This document shows positions 39,500 to 49,924 of a stretch of 64,000 bases of DNA, one piece after another; the stretch's first letter is position 1, and the number at the start of each line of letters is the position of its first letter. The translations under genes and the position numbers were made by a program. The notes beneath the pieces were generated by a model. That model made no database searches, was not told where the DNA came from, and saw nothing but the letters and a program-made list of their open reading frames with translations. The DNA lies in NCBI GenBank assembly GCA_034669905.1, contig JAXMOL010000034.1:21716-85715 (forward strand). Direction: 5' to 3'. Source of the stretch: Candidatus Hydrogenedentota bacterium. GTDB lineage: Bacteria > Hydrogenedentota > Hydrogenedentia > Hydrogenedentales > JAEUWI01.

Positions 39500-39541
39500 G
39501 TGGGGCGTGGCATCGTGGGTACTACCGTGATTCGGTGCGCC

Positions 39542-40219
39542 CTATCCCGCTGCTCCTACGCAAATCAGGGAGCGCAGGGTTTCCATTCGTTTGTCCCCGA
39601 TGCCTTGTATGTTTCTGAGGTCTTCCACCTGCGTAAACGGCTGTTGCTCCCGGTACCGGATGATCTTCTCGGCGGTCTTGGGTCCCACTCCCGGCAGGGC
39701 TTCCAGTTCGGCCGACGTGGCGTGGTTGAGATCCGTGCAGCCGCTGCGAGTGCCCCCGACAGCGGTACGCGATTGGGGACCAGCACCTTCCTGAAACCAA
39801 CCCGAGCGCGTATATTCGGCTGGATTCAGTTGGGCAGCCGTTGCACCGCTCGGGCTCGAATGGCTTATCTCTCCCGGAACAGTGAGTACACTTCCATCGC
39901 GCAGTGGCGCGGCAATATTGAGGTCGCGTATTTCTGCGGATGCGGTTACCCCACCGGCACGTTGCAAGGCTTCGTAGAGGCGGGTTCCCGGGGCGAAGGC
40001 ATAGGCTCCCGGGCGTTGAACTGCCCCCTGGATTTCCACCTGAATCTTCGGGGTGACAGGCTGTGGACTGGTCGGTATCGGCTCGGCCATCAGGTCACGG
40101 CCCGCGAGGGCGGCATCCGCCGACACGTCACCAGATTCCGCTGTATCGCAGCCACCGTGCAGGAGCACAGCTCCCAGAAGAAGGCCGACTATCCATGGCA
40201 TGTGCCCATGTCTGAACAT
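39542..40219 (-). CDS. comEA: ComEA family DNA-binding protein (SLBB plus helix-hairpin-helix)
   Basis: GAVQRPGAY, AGG, LNIAAPLRDG, LNHATSAELEALPGVGPKTA, GIGDK. Confidence 0.88.
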   Translation of the reverse strand: MFRHGHMPWIVGLLLGAVLLHGGCDTAESGDVSADAALAGRDLMAEPIPTSPQPVTPKIQVEIQGAVQRPGAYAFAPGTRLYEALQRAGGVTASAEIRDLNIAAPLRDGSVLTVPGEISHSSPSGATAAQLNPAEYTRSGWFQEGAGPQSRTAVGGTRSGCTDLNHATSAELEALPGVGPKTAEKIIRYREQQPFTQVEDLRNIQGIGDKRMETLRSLICVGAAG

Positions 40220-40253
40220 CTGTTAGAACTCCCCACGTTGCGCGTGCCGCGAA

Positions 40254-42653
40254 TCAGGAAGGCGGTGGTGTGCCGTCCAATACACGGCGCAAGGTTTCTG
40301 CCAGCTGCGAAATAATGACGGGTTTTGCGACCACCTCGCGAATCCCCGCCTTGCGAATATCGGCACTACTCACATCCTGACTGAAGCCGGTAAAGAGAAT
40401 CACGGGAACGTCGGGCCGTATTTTGCGGATGCGACGGGCCAGATTGAGGCCGCTCATGTCGGGAAGGAGGTGATCGGTCATAATGATGTCGAAAGCGTTT
40501 GGATCGGCCTTAATGAGCGCCAGGGCATCGGCCGGGTGGCCTGCGGAATGCACCGTGTAGCCCAGTTGGGTCAGGGCCCGTTCGCAAAAACGGCGCACCG
40601 GTTGTTCGTCGTCGACTACGAGGATGCGCTCCGTGCCGCGCCGCAGCGAGGCACCGCGTTGCTTGTCGCGATGAGCTACCGCATCAATACGGGGAAGGTA
40701 GGTAGAAAAGACGGTGCCCTGCCCGAGTACACTGTCGACGAGCACAGCGCCGCCATGGTCGGCCACGATACCATAGACCATGGCGAGTCCCATCCCGGCC
40801 CCCTCCCCCGGGCCCTTTGTCGTAAAGAAGGGATCAAAGATGCGGCGGGCCACACTGGGGGTCATGCCGTGCCCCCGGTCAGATACGGTGAGTTTTACAT
40901 AGGCGCCGGGACGGAGCTTCGGATTGGTGGCGGCGAAACGGTGGGAAACATCCACATCCTCCAGACGCACCTCCAGCACGCCATCCCGCTCGGCCATTGC
41001 CTGCAGGCCGTTGGTACAGTAATTCATGATCACCTGGTGCATTTGGGTGGGGTTGGCCATGACCATGCCACTTTGGGGCTCGATACTGTCTACAACCCGA
41101 ATGCTGGATGGCACCGATGCCCGCAGCAGACTCAGGACCTCGCGGGCAATCACGTGGAGGAAGAGGGGCTCGTGTTCCTCGCCCGACTGTCGGCTGAAGG
41201 CGAGAATTTGTTTTACCAGATCCTTGGCGCGGTGTGCCGCGCCCAGGGACTCGCGAAGATCTTCCAGGATCTCATCAATGTCGGGCGTATTATCCGAAAA
41301 GGCCTGAATGGACATGTCCGTTAAGCCGATGATGGCGGCAAGGATATTGTTGAAGTCGTGGGCAATCCCGCCTGCGAGTACGCCGAGACTTTCAAGACGC
41401 TTGGAATGTTGCAGGGCTTGTTCGGCCTGTTGTTCTTCTTCGTCGCTCTGTACCTGCTCCGTCACGTCGCGTACGGTGCCCAGCAGTCGCGCGGGGCGGC
41501 CCGACTCGTCGGGCAGCACGATGCCCTCATCTGCGATGTGCCGATACTTTCCCGATGCGTGGTGGATGCGATAGCGTCGTTGGTAGGAGGTCAGGTTTTC
41601 CATGGTACGGGCCAGACCAGACAGGACCGCCGGACGATCATCGGGGTGGATGGCATGAAGCAGAGCCCGGCGACTGAGCCCTTCGATCTGTCGTTGGGAC
41701 AGGCCCGTCAACCCGAGCATATCGCCCCAAACGTGGATTTCCCCGGTTTCCGGTGTAAGGATATAGTCGATCTGTCCACGGGCGTTGTCCCGATCATGGG
41801 CGACGTTTCCGGTGGCGTGTGCATTGGAAGGGGGGGCACCTTCGCGGACGCGAACGAGGAGTATGACGTAGGCCTGGTCACTGAAATTGTAGAGACGGGC
41901 AGATAAGGCCGCGGGAATCTGTTGACCATCGCGGGACATCAATATGGACTCGAAGAAGAGGTGGCGGTAGATCTGCAGGGCCTGTAAGCGGGACTCCACA
42001 TAATTGACCCGATGGGACTCGAATATGTCCTTGGGCTGGAGTTCCATAAACTCGCTTCGGGGGTAGGCAAGCAATTGGCAAAGCTGGTTGTTGACTTCGG
42101 TGATGGTGAAGGGCGCGTTGCCTTTTTCCACTTCAAAGACAAGGATGCCATCGGAGCACGCGTTAAAGACCTGGCGAAAGCGCTCGTCACTTTCATAGAG
42201 CCGCTTGCTACGCTGGGTGACCAGCTTCGTCAACTGGTGATTGGCCAGCTGAAGGCGGGCCGTGTCTGCAGAGGCAGCACGACATCGCTGAGCGATTTCC
42301 AGGCCATCCACCGGCGATACGACGATGTCGAAATCGAAGGCTTCCGCGTCTTTGAGCCAGTCGGGACTGGATTCCTTTGGCGGGATAATCCAGAGCACAT
42401 GGACGGTCGGGTCAGACTTTCGAATGAAGTCGGTGATGCCCCCCGGTGTCTGGCCGTCGCCACAAAAATCGGTGTGAATAATGACGCTGCGCGGCCCCTC
42501 GCTGCGGAGTAAGTAGTCGAGTGACTCCAGATTCTCCGCCTGCAGGATAGTTGTTTCCTGCAGGTATGGCCCCACCTTCCGGCCGAGTTGGGTGCGTTTG
42601 GATTGGGCCCCTGCCGCGATAACGATTTTCATAGTATCCATCCGTGGCACCAT
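40254..42653 (-). CDS. Hybrid sensor histidine kinase (receiver-like, PAS, PAS, HisKA, HATPase, REC)
   Basis: LAGGIAHDFNN, PFFTTK, GAGMGL, ILVVDDE, IHPDD. Confidence 0.92.
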   Translation of the reverse strand: MVPRMDTMKIVIAAGAQSKRTQLGRKVGPYLQETTILQAENLESLDYLLRSEGPRSVIIHTDFCGDGQTPGGITDFIRKSDPTVHVLWIIPPKESSPDWLKDAEAFDFDIVVSPVDGLEIAQRCRAASADTARLQLANHQLTKLVTQRSKRLYESDERFRQVFNACSDGILVFEVEKGNAPFTITEVNNQLCQLLAYPRSEFMELQPKDIFESHRVNYVESRLQALQIYRHLFFESILMSRDGQQIPAALSARLYNFSDQAYVILLVRVREGAPPSNAHATGNVAHDRDNARGQIDYILTPETGEIHVWGDMLGLTGLSQRQIEGLSRRALLHAIHPDDRPAVLSGLARTMENLTSYQRRYRIHHASGKYRHIADEGIVLPDESGRPARLLGTVRDVTEQVQSDEEEQQAEQALQHSKRLESLGVLAGGIAHDFNNILAAIIGLTDMSIQAFSDNTPDIDEILEDLRESLGAAHRAKDLVKQILAFSRQSGEEHEPLFLHVIAREVLSLLRASVPSSIRVVDSIEPQSGMVMANPTQMHQVIMNYCTNGLQAMAERDGVLEVRLEDVDVSHRFAATNPKLRPGAYVKLTVSDRGHGMTPSVARRIFDPFFTTKGPGEGAGMGLAMVYGIVADHGGAVLVDSVLGQGTVFSTYLPRIDAVAHRDKQRGASLRRGTERILVVDDEQPVRRFCERALTQLGYTVHSAGHPADALALIKADPNAFDIIMTDHLLPDMSGLNLARRIRKIRPDVPVILFTGFSQDVSSADIRKAGIREVVAKPVIISQLAETLRRVLDGTPPPS

Positions 42654-42867
42654 GTCCCATTCTGCTTGTGTATGGCCCCGGGGAATGTGGGCGCCCTCCC
42701 GATTGTTCCCTCACTATAGCATTCCGCGTGGCCGTAGTGGACACGCCTTCTCGGAATGTTGCTGTCGTGCGGGTGATGTATGCGAAGACGACATGCTATA
42801 CTCTCCACCAAGGCGCACCCATTTTTCAACAATAATGCTGCACTCAGGAAGCATAAGGAGTTTACCC

Positions 42868-43383
42868 ATGCCACCGATTTATGATCCAGAACAAGTTCGC
42901 CCTATGTGGGAAGAATTGGCCAATGTGGGCGTTCGCCCCTTGACCACGGTTGAAGATGTCGATGCCGTCTTAGGAAAAGACAGCGGAACGGTGTTGTGCG
43001 TCGTGAATTCCGTCTGTGGCTGTGCTGCAGGCGGTGCCCGGCCCGGGGTTTCTCTGGCCCTCCAGAGCGAAACGATTCCCGATGAGCTTGTGACAGTCTT
43101 CGCTGGTATGGACCAGGAAGCCGTTGCGAAGGCGCGGGATTACATGGTAGGCGTGGTTCCTTCCTCCCCTTGCATCGCTCTGTTTAAGGACGGTAAGCCG
43201 ATCCACGTGCTGGAGCGGCGCCACATCGAACGCATGACGGCGATTGATATTGCGAACAATCTGACGGCTGTCTTTAAAGAGACCTGCAATCGCAAGGGGC
43301 CTTCGGTCGCACCCGAAGTATTCAACAGCAACGAGCATGTGGATACCTGTGGCTCAAGCATCAGTCCCTACCAGGGTGACTGA
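42868..43383 (+). CDS. BrxA/BrxB family bacilliredoxin
   Basis: VNSVCGCAAGGARP, VFAGMD, PSSP, LFKDG; start reassigned to ATG 42868 with AAGGAG RBS. Confidence 0.9.
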   Translation: MPPIYDPEQVRPMWEELANVGVRPLTTVEDVDAVLGKDSGTVLCVVNSVCGCAAGGARPGVSLALQSETIPDELVTVFAGMDQEAVAKARDYMVGVVPSSPCIALFKDGKPIHVLERRHIERMTAIDIANNLTAVFKETCNRKGPSVAPEVFNSNEHVDTCGSSISPYQGD

Positions 43384-43469
43384 CGTTGTCGCGATGAAGC
43401 GAAATTGGTATTGTGCGCGGTCAGACGCTATCCCGACTGACCGCGCACTTTCTACAGGAGTTTGCGGTA

Positions 43470-43865
43470 GTGAACAACAGGTCGGTTGGATGGTTTCAGG
43501 TTGCGGCGGTTTTGTGCGGTCTTGCGGTCGGACTGGGGGCTTTCGGGGCCCATGGACTGAAGGAACGACTGAGCCCCGAAATGCTGGTGATCTTCGAAGT
43601 GGGTGTCCGCTATCAGTTTTACCACGGTCTCGCATTGCTCGGTTTGTGCGCAGGGGGAGAGGGGCTTTGGCAGGGGAATTGGGCCAAACGGGCGGCGATC
43701 GCATGGCTCGTAGGGGTGCTCGTGTTTTCGGGTAGTCTCTATCTCCTTGCTCTCACAGGGCTTAGGTGGTTGGGTGCCATTACACCCCTCGGCGGCGTGG
43801 CCTTTTTAGTCGGGTGGGGCTTTGCGGTTCTCAGTGCCCGTGAATGGCGTCGCACCATGGCCTAA
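43470..43865 (+). CDS. DUF423 (YgdD/TMEM256) membrane protein
   Basis: GAFGAHGL, YQFYHGL, FSGSLY, GAITPLGG; GTG start with AGGAG. Confidence 0.9.
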   Translation: MNNRSVGWFQVAAVLCGLAVGLGAFGAHGLKERLSPEMLVIFEVGVRYQFYHGLALLGLCAGGEGLWQGNWAKRAAIAWLVGVLVFSGSLYLLALTGLRWLGAITPLGGVAFLVGWGFAVLSAREWRRTMA

Positions 43866-43884
43866 GATCTTTACCACCATTAAG

Positions 43885-43913
43885 TTGCAATGCCCCTTTC
43901 CGTTTGATATACT
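43885..43913 (+). promoter_or_regulatory. Sigma70 promoter for rpsT
   Basis: TTGCAA-17 bp-TATACT with extended -10 TG. Confidence 0.7.
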
Positions 43914-43964
43914 CAGTCTTCCCTTTAGAACTATCTAATCTTTCCAACGAGAGAATTTGAGAAA

Positions 43965-44225
43965 ATGGCAAATATTAAATCCCAGAAAAAGCGTATCCTC
44001 ACCAACGAAAAAGCCCGTCAGCGTAACATGGCGATTCGTTCGCGCATGCGGACGATGATCAAGCAGGCTCTTGCAGCAATCGATGCGAAGGATGCGGAGC
44101 AGATTAAGACGGCTGTGCCTACCGCCCTTTCCGCCATCGATCGTGCGGCTTCCAAGGGTGTGATTCACGCCAACAACGCGGCCCGCAAGAAGTCCTCCAT
44201 TCAGCACCGCGCTGCTGCCGTTTAA
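43965..44225 (+). CDS. rpsT: 30S ribosomal protein S20
   Basis: MANIKSQKKR, IDRAASKGVIHANNAARKKS. Confidence 0.97.
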   Translation: MANIKSQKKRILTNEKARQRNMAIRSRMRTMIKQALAAIDAKDAEQIKTAVPTALSAIDRAASKGVIHANNAARKKSSIQHRAAAV

Positions 44226-44257
44226 TTACGGCCTGAGTCTCTCAACATTAATACAAT

Positions 44258-44289
44258 GCCGCAACCCTTTACGGGTTGCGGCCTTTTTT
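44258..44289 (+). terminator. Rho-independent terminator after rpsT
   Basis: GCCGCAACCC/GGGTTGCGGC stem plus T6. Confidence 0.9.
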
Positions 44290-44505
44290 CGTGATTGGAC
44301 GGCCGTGTTGGCGGACGTAATGAACTATCCCCTCGGAGTGGAAAACGCCGGGGTGGGCATGGGTCTGGCACCCACACTCGGGGCCCCTCGTGGACATGTC
44401 CGACGACGATCTCCTTGCTCTCAGCTCGTGCCAGCATACCGGGGCAGCCGCTCTCCGACTCTGCCGGGAGGTCGGCAGCCAGGCGAAAGCCGACGGCCCT
44501 CTCCC

Positions 44506-46350
44506 CTACTCGCGGCGTAGTCCCTTGATACAGGTGAGGAGCCGGTTGTCGAGTTGGTAATAGCGGACGTTCCCCGTCTTATCTAAGAGGGCGATCTGGG
44601 GAATAAAGACAATGCCATAGGTGGAAAAGGTGGTCTGTTCGTTCTCGTCACGGAGCACCGGGAATTGAATCCCGTAGCCGTTGATATAGTCTCGGATTTC
44701 ATCCGCACTACTGATGGCATCGTGAACCGAAACGAAGGCGACGTCGTCCATATCGCTCAGCAGTTCGTAGAGCACATTCATTTCCCGCAAGACGACCGGG
44801 CCCATGTCCTCGTCGAAGCCTGCCCAGAAGAGCAGCACCACCACCTTGTCCTTGAGATCCGACAACTTGATGGGATCGCAGTTCACCCACTCCGTGCCCC
44901 GTAGCTCCGGCGCGGGCTTACCGACGAGGCTACTGAGGTTATTACGACCGGCAATGGGTTCGCGTTGGGCCAGGTCGGGCGTAAAGGCCTCCATGCGGAC
45001 GTCGAAGGCGTCGGGTTTTTTCAGGGGGATCTCGATTTGCTGTCGTTGAAAACGGCGCTGGTGTTCGACTCCAAGTTGGAGGACTTTTGTCTCCGGCATG
45101 AAGTCAAGGGGCAGACGAATCTTGCCTTCTTCATCCGTGAGTATGTTATAGGGTACGGTAAGGTTTTGAACGGTCACGAGTACTTGCCCGGGCGCGTTGC
45201 CATCCTGGTCCCGAATAACGCCTTCAATGACCGGCAAGGCTTCCAGTCGGATGGGGTTTAATTCCATGCGGGTGACGTCACCCAGATCGACCGGGATATC
45301 ACCGAAGTGGGGATTCTGGAAACCACGGGGCGGCACGATAGTGATACCACCCGGCCCGCTGGGCACACGCAAGGTAAAGGCACCGTCGTTGTTGGTAAAG
45401 GTGTCTTGAAAGACAACATTGTTCTTACGATAGATGACCCGGGTGCCGCCGCAGGGTTTCTTATCCGGATAGCGGACCTTACCAGTGATATAACGTGGCG
45501 ATTCCAGTGCGATATTCACCGGTTCTGGCTCGGCCCGCGGCGGGACCTCGACGCCTGCGGGGGCTGGTGAAGCGTAATCCATATGCTGAACAGCAACCCC
45601 GTAACGGTCGGGGTGGACCCGGGCGAAGTAAAATCCTTCTTTGTCGGTCAACACCTCGGCGAACTCTTTTTGTCCATTCAGGCCTGACTTGAAGATGGAA
45701 ACCCGGGCCCCGGCAACGCCCTTACCTTCATAGGTAACCCGGCCCGCCAGCCGCTTACCCTCCTGAAGGAGAACATTCCGTTGCTCGCCATCGACGGGAA
45801 GATAGCTCACATCAGAGTCGGCATAGTGCGGATGGCTGAGCACGAGCTTGACGAACCCGCCTTGCGGCAGGTGGGGAACGACGAGGATACCATCGTCACC
45901 ACTTCGAATCGCAGGAAGGCCGTGGGGCACCAGATCTTCTACCGAAACCAGGAAGCGGTCTGCCACCCGCATGGAGCGCACCGTGGCCCCCGCCACGGGC
46001 TGGGACTTTGAATCGATAATCTTGAGGGTAATCAGATCGCCGGGTTCCAGCCGCAATTCTGCGGTGGCATCGCCTACGACCAGTGCGGTGGCGCCGCCAA
46101 GGGCAAAGCCCTCCTTGTAGGCCACCAGTTCCGTCATGGCCACATCAATGTTATCGAAGGAAAAGGCTCCGGAGGCGTTGGTTGTCATGGAGCGTACCTG
46201 TCGCTGCTGCGCCACCCAAACAGTGGCTCCGGCGACGGGGTCCCCATTGTGATTAACGACGGTGCCATCCAGGGTGGCCGCCTCTGTGCTGGCCCCAAAG
46301 AGGCCAGAAGAAATCAGGTAGAGCGTAAGAAACACACGAGAAAAACGCAT
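44506..46350 (-). CDS. Secreted protein: carboxypeptidase-regulatory-like repeats plus C-terminal TlpA-like domain lacking CxxC
   Basis: Repeated GxV..GxPVAGA(T/R)V units; GKPAPEL..LSDLKDKVVVLLFWAGF; start reassigned to ATG 46350. Confidence 0.78.
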   Translation of the reverse strand: MRFSRVFLTLYLISSGLFGASTEAATLDGTVVNHNGDPVAGATVWVAQQRQVRSMTTNASGAFSFDNIDVAMTELVAYKEGFALGGATALVVGDATAELRLEPGDLITLKIIDSKSQPVAGATVRSMRVADRFLVSVEDLVPHGLPAIRSGDDGILVVPHLPQGGFVKLVLSHPHYADSDVSYLPVDGEQRNVLLQEGKRLAGRVTYEGKGVAGARVSIFKSGLNGQKEFAEVLTDKEGFYFARVHPDRYGVAVQHMDYASPAPAGVEVPPRAEPEPVNIALESPRYITGKVRYPDKKPCGGTRVIYRKNNVVFQDTFTNNDGAFTLRVPSGPGGITIVPPRGFQNPHFGDIPVDLGDVTRMELNPIRLEALPVIEGVIRDQDGNAPGQVLVTVQNLTVPYNILTDEEGKIRLPLDFMPETKVLQLGVEHQRRFQRQQIEIPLKKPDAFDVRMEAFTPDLAQREPIAGRNNLSSLVGKPAPELRGTEWVNCDPIKLSDLKDKVVVLLFWAGFDEDMGPVVLREMNVLYELLSDMDDVAFVSVHDAISSADEIRDYINGYGIQFPVLRDENEQTTFSTYGIVFIPQIALLDKTGNVRYYQLDNRLLTCIKGLRRE

Positions 46351-46391
46351 GGATGGGTGGTCTCCCAAGTCGGGTTGAAACGTGAGGGGGC

Positions 46392-48401
46392 CTATTTGAG
46401 GCGTCGCAGCAGGTTGGCCGGCGGCATTCCGTTGGTCTCCAGCACTACCACGCCCCCCCGGTCTAAGACGAGTGTCGTGGCGTCTGTTTGGGCCGCTCCC
46501 CGTAAAATTGGAATGGGGCTGGTGCCGTCGCATGCCACATCCCCATCGGAGAGGAGGATGACATTCAATCCGCTATCGGCAAAACGTTGTTGTATTGCGC
46601 CGGCGGTTTCAACCAAGGCGGCCGCATTGGCACCATGGGCATAGAAAAGCAATGTTGGCTGGTCGGCCGTCCCCCCGCTGGCTGGCAGGGTGCCACAAAT
46701 TACCTCATTTTGCTGCCAGGAGACGACTGTCCCGAGCAGGCTCTCTCCTCCCGTTCCGCCGGGCACTACAATTTCACCGATGGACTTTTCCTGGTCTGGC
46801 GCGAGATTAAAGGTTTCGGATTCGCCATGTGAATCCTTGTCGCGCCGCGCGGCACAGCGCTGGGGCACGCCGGGCACAACCGCGTCCCAGCGAAACATGC
46901 CGTCGGACCCACTGGTTGTTTGCCAAAGCAAGACGGCATCACCCGCCGTTTCACCGGGAAAGAAGGCGCCGACGGTGGCACCGGATACGGGGCGGCCCCG
47001 TTTGTTCACGATTTGGCCGGATACGGAGGCGAAGGGGTAGAGCTGGACGGTGCCAGGCGCCTGTTGCTGGGCTTCCAGGGTAAAGACGGCGCCTTGGGGG
47101 GCTGTGGGGTGTTCCGCCCGGGCGAGCAAGGGCCCTCCCTGGGGCGACTGCTGGACCTGTAAGCGCACCTTGCCTTCGGCATCGGCCACGTGCCAGCCGA
47201 ACTGGGCCGGGCGCAACACGGAGACGAGGGCCCCAGGCACCGGCTCACCGGCTTCATCGACAATGACCACATCATAATCGGGCAAGGGTTTCAGCCACAT
47301 CCCGGGCAACTCCACGGAGTTTCCCTCAAGGACGCTAACTTTGACGTCCTGCAACTCGGGTGGGAAATATCCGGGTGCCCCATCGAGGCGCACGATGTTT
47401 TCGCCTTCGCCGACGGTAAAGAGGAAATCCCCATTGGGACCGGTGCGGGTCACGGCGGCCGGCGCGCCGTTGGTCGTAAGGGACACGCGGACGTCACGAA
47501 TCGGTGCGCTGCTCAGGGCATCCCGCACATTGCCCCGAATTTGCGCGGTGCCGGCGACGGCGAGCCGCACGTGTTCGACGGGCCGCTCGCCCGTAACGGT
47601 AAGGCGTTCCCAACCGGGACTGCGCATGCCGTTTCCGGTAGCCTGGTAGAGGTATACGCCTGGTTTGAGTCGTATGGAAAAGCGGCCCTGAAGATTCGAG
47701 CGGGTCAGGGCCGTATCGTGTGGCGGCTGGGCATTCTGCATCAACACGGCGGCCTGGGCGATGGCCACGTTATTGGCCCGGGAGACCACATTGCCTTCCA
47801 CGAGTACGCCGGGATAGAGGACAACCTTGAGGGCATCGGTGCCCGCGGGTACATCGGCGACGCCTTCCTGCGCGTAGCTGGCGTGGCCAATCTTCAAATC
47901 GATGGTACACCCTGCGGGCACGTTGTCCAATACAAAGTGCCCTGTCGCGTCGCTTTGGGGTTCCGGGTAGCCATATTGGCGCAACTTGGCCAGGGGAATG
48001 CCCACTTTGTGGGTGCCTTTTACCCCGATACGGGTGATGCGGGCATCCTGCACCTCCCGGCCGTCGGCGTCTTTGATAGTGCCTTTGATCTGTGTTGCCG
48101 GGTGGAGTGTCAGCTGTATCGGTGGAATGGTGTCGGCGACAGCGACGCTCAGGTGCTGCCCTTCGAAACCGAAGCCGGGGGCGATAGCAAACAGGCCGAC
48201 GGGCCCCGGCGCCACGTCTTCAAATCGGAAGGCTCCCGTATCACCGGAAATAGTATCGCGGATCATTCCGCCGAGGCCGGGCTCCAGAAAGACCTGGGCA
48301 TGGGGTATGGCCGCGCCGTTTGCGTCGACGATTTGCCCCGAAACGGCGGTGATCCCGAGGATACTGTGCAGGGCCAACAGGGTCTCTATTAGTATGGACA
48401 T
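46392..48401 (-). CDS. Carboxypeptidase-regulatory-like (beta-sandwich) repeat protein
   Basis: Several GxIVD..GxPVxGAxV..TxxxGxF repeats; possible degenerate thioredoxin-like C-terminus. Confidence 0.75.
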   Translation of the reverse strand: MSILIETLLALHSILGITAVSGQIVDANGAAIPHAQVFLEPGLGGMIRDTISGDTGAFRFEDVAPGPVGLFAIAPGFGFEGQHLSVAVADTIPPIQLTLHPATQIKGTIKDADGREVQDARITRIGVKGTHKVGIPLAKLRQYGYPEPQSDATGHFVLDNVPAGCTIDLKIGHASYAQEGVADVPAGTDALKVVLYPGVLVEGNVVSRANNVAIAQAAVLMQNAQPPHDTALTRSNLQGRFSIRLKPGVYLYQATGNGMRSPGWERLTVTGERPVEHVRLAVAGTAQIRGNVRDALSSAPIRDVRVSLTTNGAPAAVTRTGPNGDFLFTVGEGENIVRLDGAPGYFPPELQDVKVSVLEGNSVELPGMWLKPLPDYDVVIVDEAGEPVPGALVSVLRPAQFGWHVADAEGKVRLQVQQSPQGGPLLARAEHPTAPQGAVFTLEAQQQAPGTVQLYPFASVSGQIVNKRGRPVSGATVGAFFPGETAGDAVLLWQTTSGSDGMFRWDAVVPGVPQRCAARRDKDSHGESETFNLAPDQEKSIGEIVVPGGTGGESLLGTVVSWQQNEVICGTLPASGGTADQPTLLFYAHGANAAALVETAGAIQQRFADSGLNVILLSDGDVACDGTSPIPILRGAAQTDATTLVLDRGGVVVLETNGMPPANLLRRLK

Positions 48402-48549
48402 GATTACTCCTCTGACAAGTGGGGGTCATCCTATAGAATCCGGGGGTAAATATCCAAGTAAAAGGGCGGTCCACAAGGGCCCAACGCGATTGTTCATTGC
48501 ATCTATTGCGAATACTCCCTTAGAATGGGGCATTGATTGAGGAGGAATA

Positions 48550-48855
48550 TTGAGAAGCGTCAATGTCAGATTTCTGCGGTCCGGGCAAGTCCTTGCCGAT
48601 GCCGTAACCAATAGCAGCGGTGCGGTGCTTTGTCCATTGGGTTACCAATTGACGGACAAGGCCATTGAGCGTTTGAAGAACGCCAACGTGGGTTCTGTTT
48701 GGATTGAAGGTAGTGCCGAAAGCATGCCCGACGTAGCCGCTATGGAAGCTACCTTGAATCGACGCTTTGAAGGGGTCGAGGATCCCGTTCTGCTCCGCGT
48801 GAAGGCCCTGCTACAGAAACGCATCGACACGATCCGCGCGGAGTACAATTCCTAG
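48550..48855 (+). CDS. Small hypothetical protein resembling the N-terminal domain of HD-GYP proteins
   Basis: LRSGQVLADAV..GAVLCPLGYQLT..IERLK; GAGGAGG RBS, TTG start. Confidence 0.7.
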   Translation: MRSVNVRFLRSGQVLADAVTNSSGAVLCPLGYQLTDKAIERLKNANVGSVWIEGSAESMPDVAAMEATLNRRFEGVEDPVLLRVKALLQKRIDTIRAEYNS

Positions 48856-49081
48856 GGCGTCACGCTTCGGCGTAAGTGTAAGGCAGCACTTCCCCGCTCC
48901 CACTTCGGTAATAGTTTGGACTGCCAACGGGGGGGCTTTTTCTGGTACCATACCAGTCAATCTGGTGGTGACTCTGGCAGTGGGCCAAACGGGATTCCGC
49001 AACGGATCTGAGTCATGGAAAACAAGCGCGCCACACCCTGTTTTTGGGAAGACGCCGAATCATAGCGGGGAATCGCATCGC

Positions 49082-49924
49082 ATGGCCATGTCAGCAGAGT
49101 TGCTCAAGCGGAGGGTGGAAGATCTCTCTTCCCTTCCGACCTTGCCGGCATTTGTTACCGTCATAACGAATATGGTGGACGACGACTCTACGAGCGCGCA
49201 GGAAATCGGGGAAATCATCCAGCGCGATCAGGTGCTCAGTGCGAAGATCCTGAAACTTGTTAATTCGCCGGTCTATGGCTTTCCCCGTCGGATTTCATCT
49301 GTGACCCACGCGCTGGTCCTCCTTGGCTTCAATGTGGTCAAGGGGCTGGTACTCTCCACGGCCGTGTTTAACGATATGGCCAAGGACACCAGCGGGCTAT
49401 GGGATCACAGTCTGGGTACGGCCATTTTATCGCGACGCATTGGTCAGGAATTGGGCATGCCCGATCCCGAAGAATGTATGATTGGTGGCTTGCTTCATGA
49501 CCTGGGCAAGGTAATCCTGGCCCATTTGGCGCTTGACGACTATGTGTTTGCCATCCGCACGGCCCACGAGCGGGGTTGCCATATTGCAGAGGTGGAGCGG
49601 GAAGTCTTCGGTGTCGACCATACCCGCATTTCACTCTGGCTGGCCATGCGCTGGCATTTGCCCGACCGGCTAACCGACGCGCTCACACACCATCACAGTC
49701 CCTCGCGGGCGAAGTGTAGTCAGCAGATGGCTGCCATTGTACATCTCGCGGATATTCTCGCGCGGGCACAGGAATATGGCGAAGCGGGCGATGGTACCTT
49801 ACCGCCCCTCGACAATGAGGCATTTGAGTTATTGGGGTTGACTGACCTGCAACTGGAGCGCATCATGACCGACTCGGACAAGCAATTTAGAGAAGGTGCG
49901 GATGTTATGGCCATGGGGCGATAA
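49082..49924 (+). CDS. HDOD domain protein
   Basis: LPTLP, DQVLSAKILKLVNS, LWDHS, GLLHDLGK, WHLP, HHH. Confidence 0.92.
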   Translation: MAMSAELLKRRVEDLSSLPTLPAFVTVITNMVDDDSTSAQEIGEIIQRDQVLSAKILKLVNSPVYGFPRRISSVTHALVLLGFNVVKGLVLSTAVFNDMAKDTSGLWDHSLGTAILSRRIGQELGMPDPEECMIGGLLHDLGKVILAHLALDDYVFAIRTAHERGCHIAEVEREVFGVDHTRISLWLAMRWHLPDRLTDALTHHHSPSRAKCSQQMAAIVHLADILARAQEYGEAGDGTLPPLDNEAFELLGLTDLQLERIMTDSDKQFREGADVMAMGR

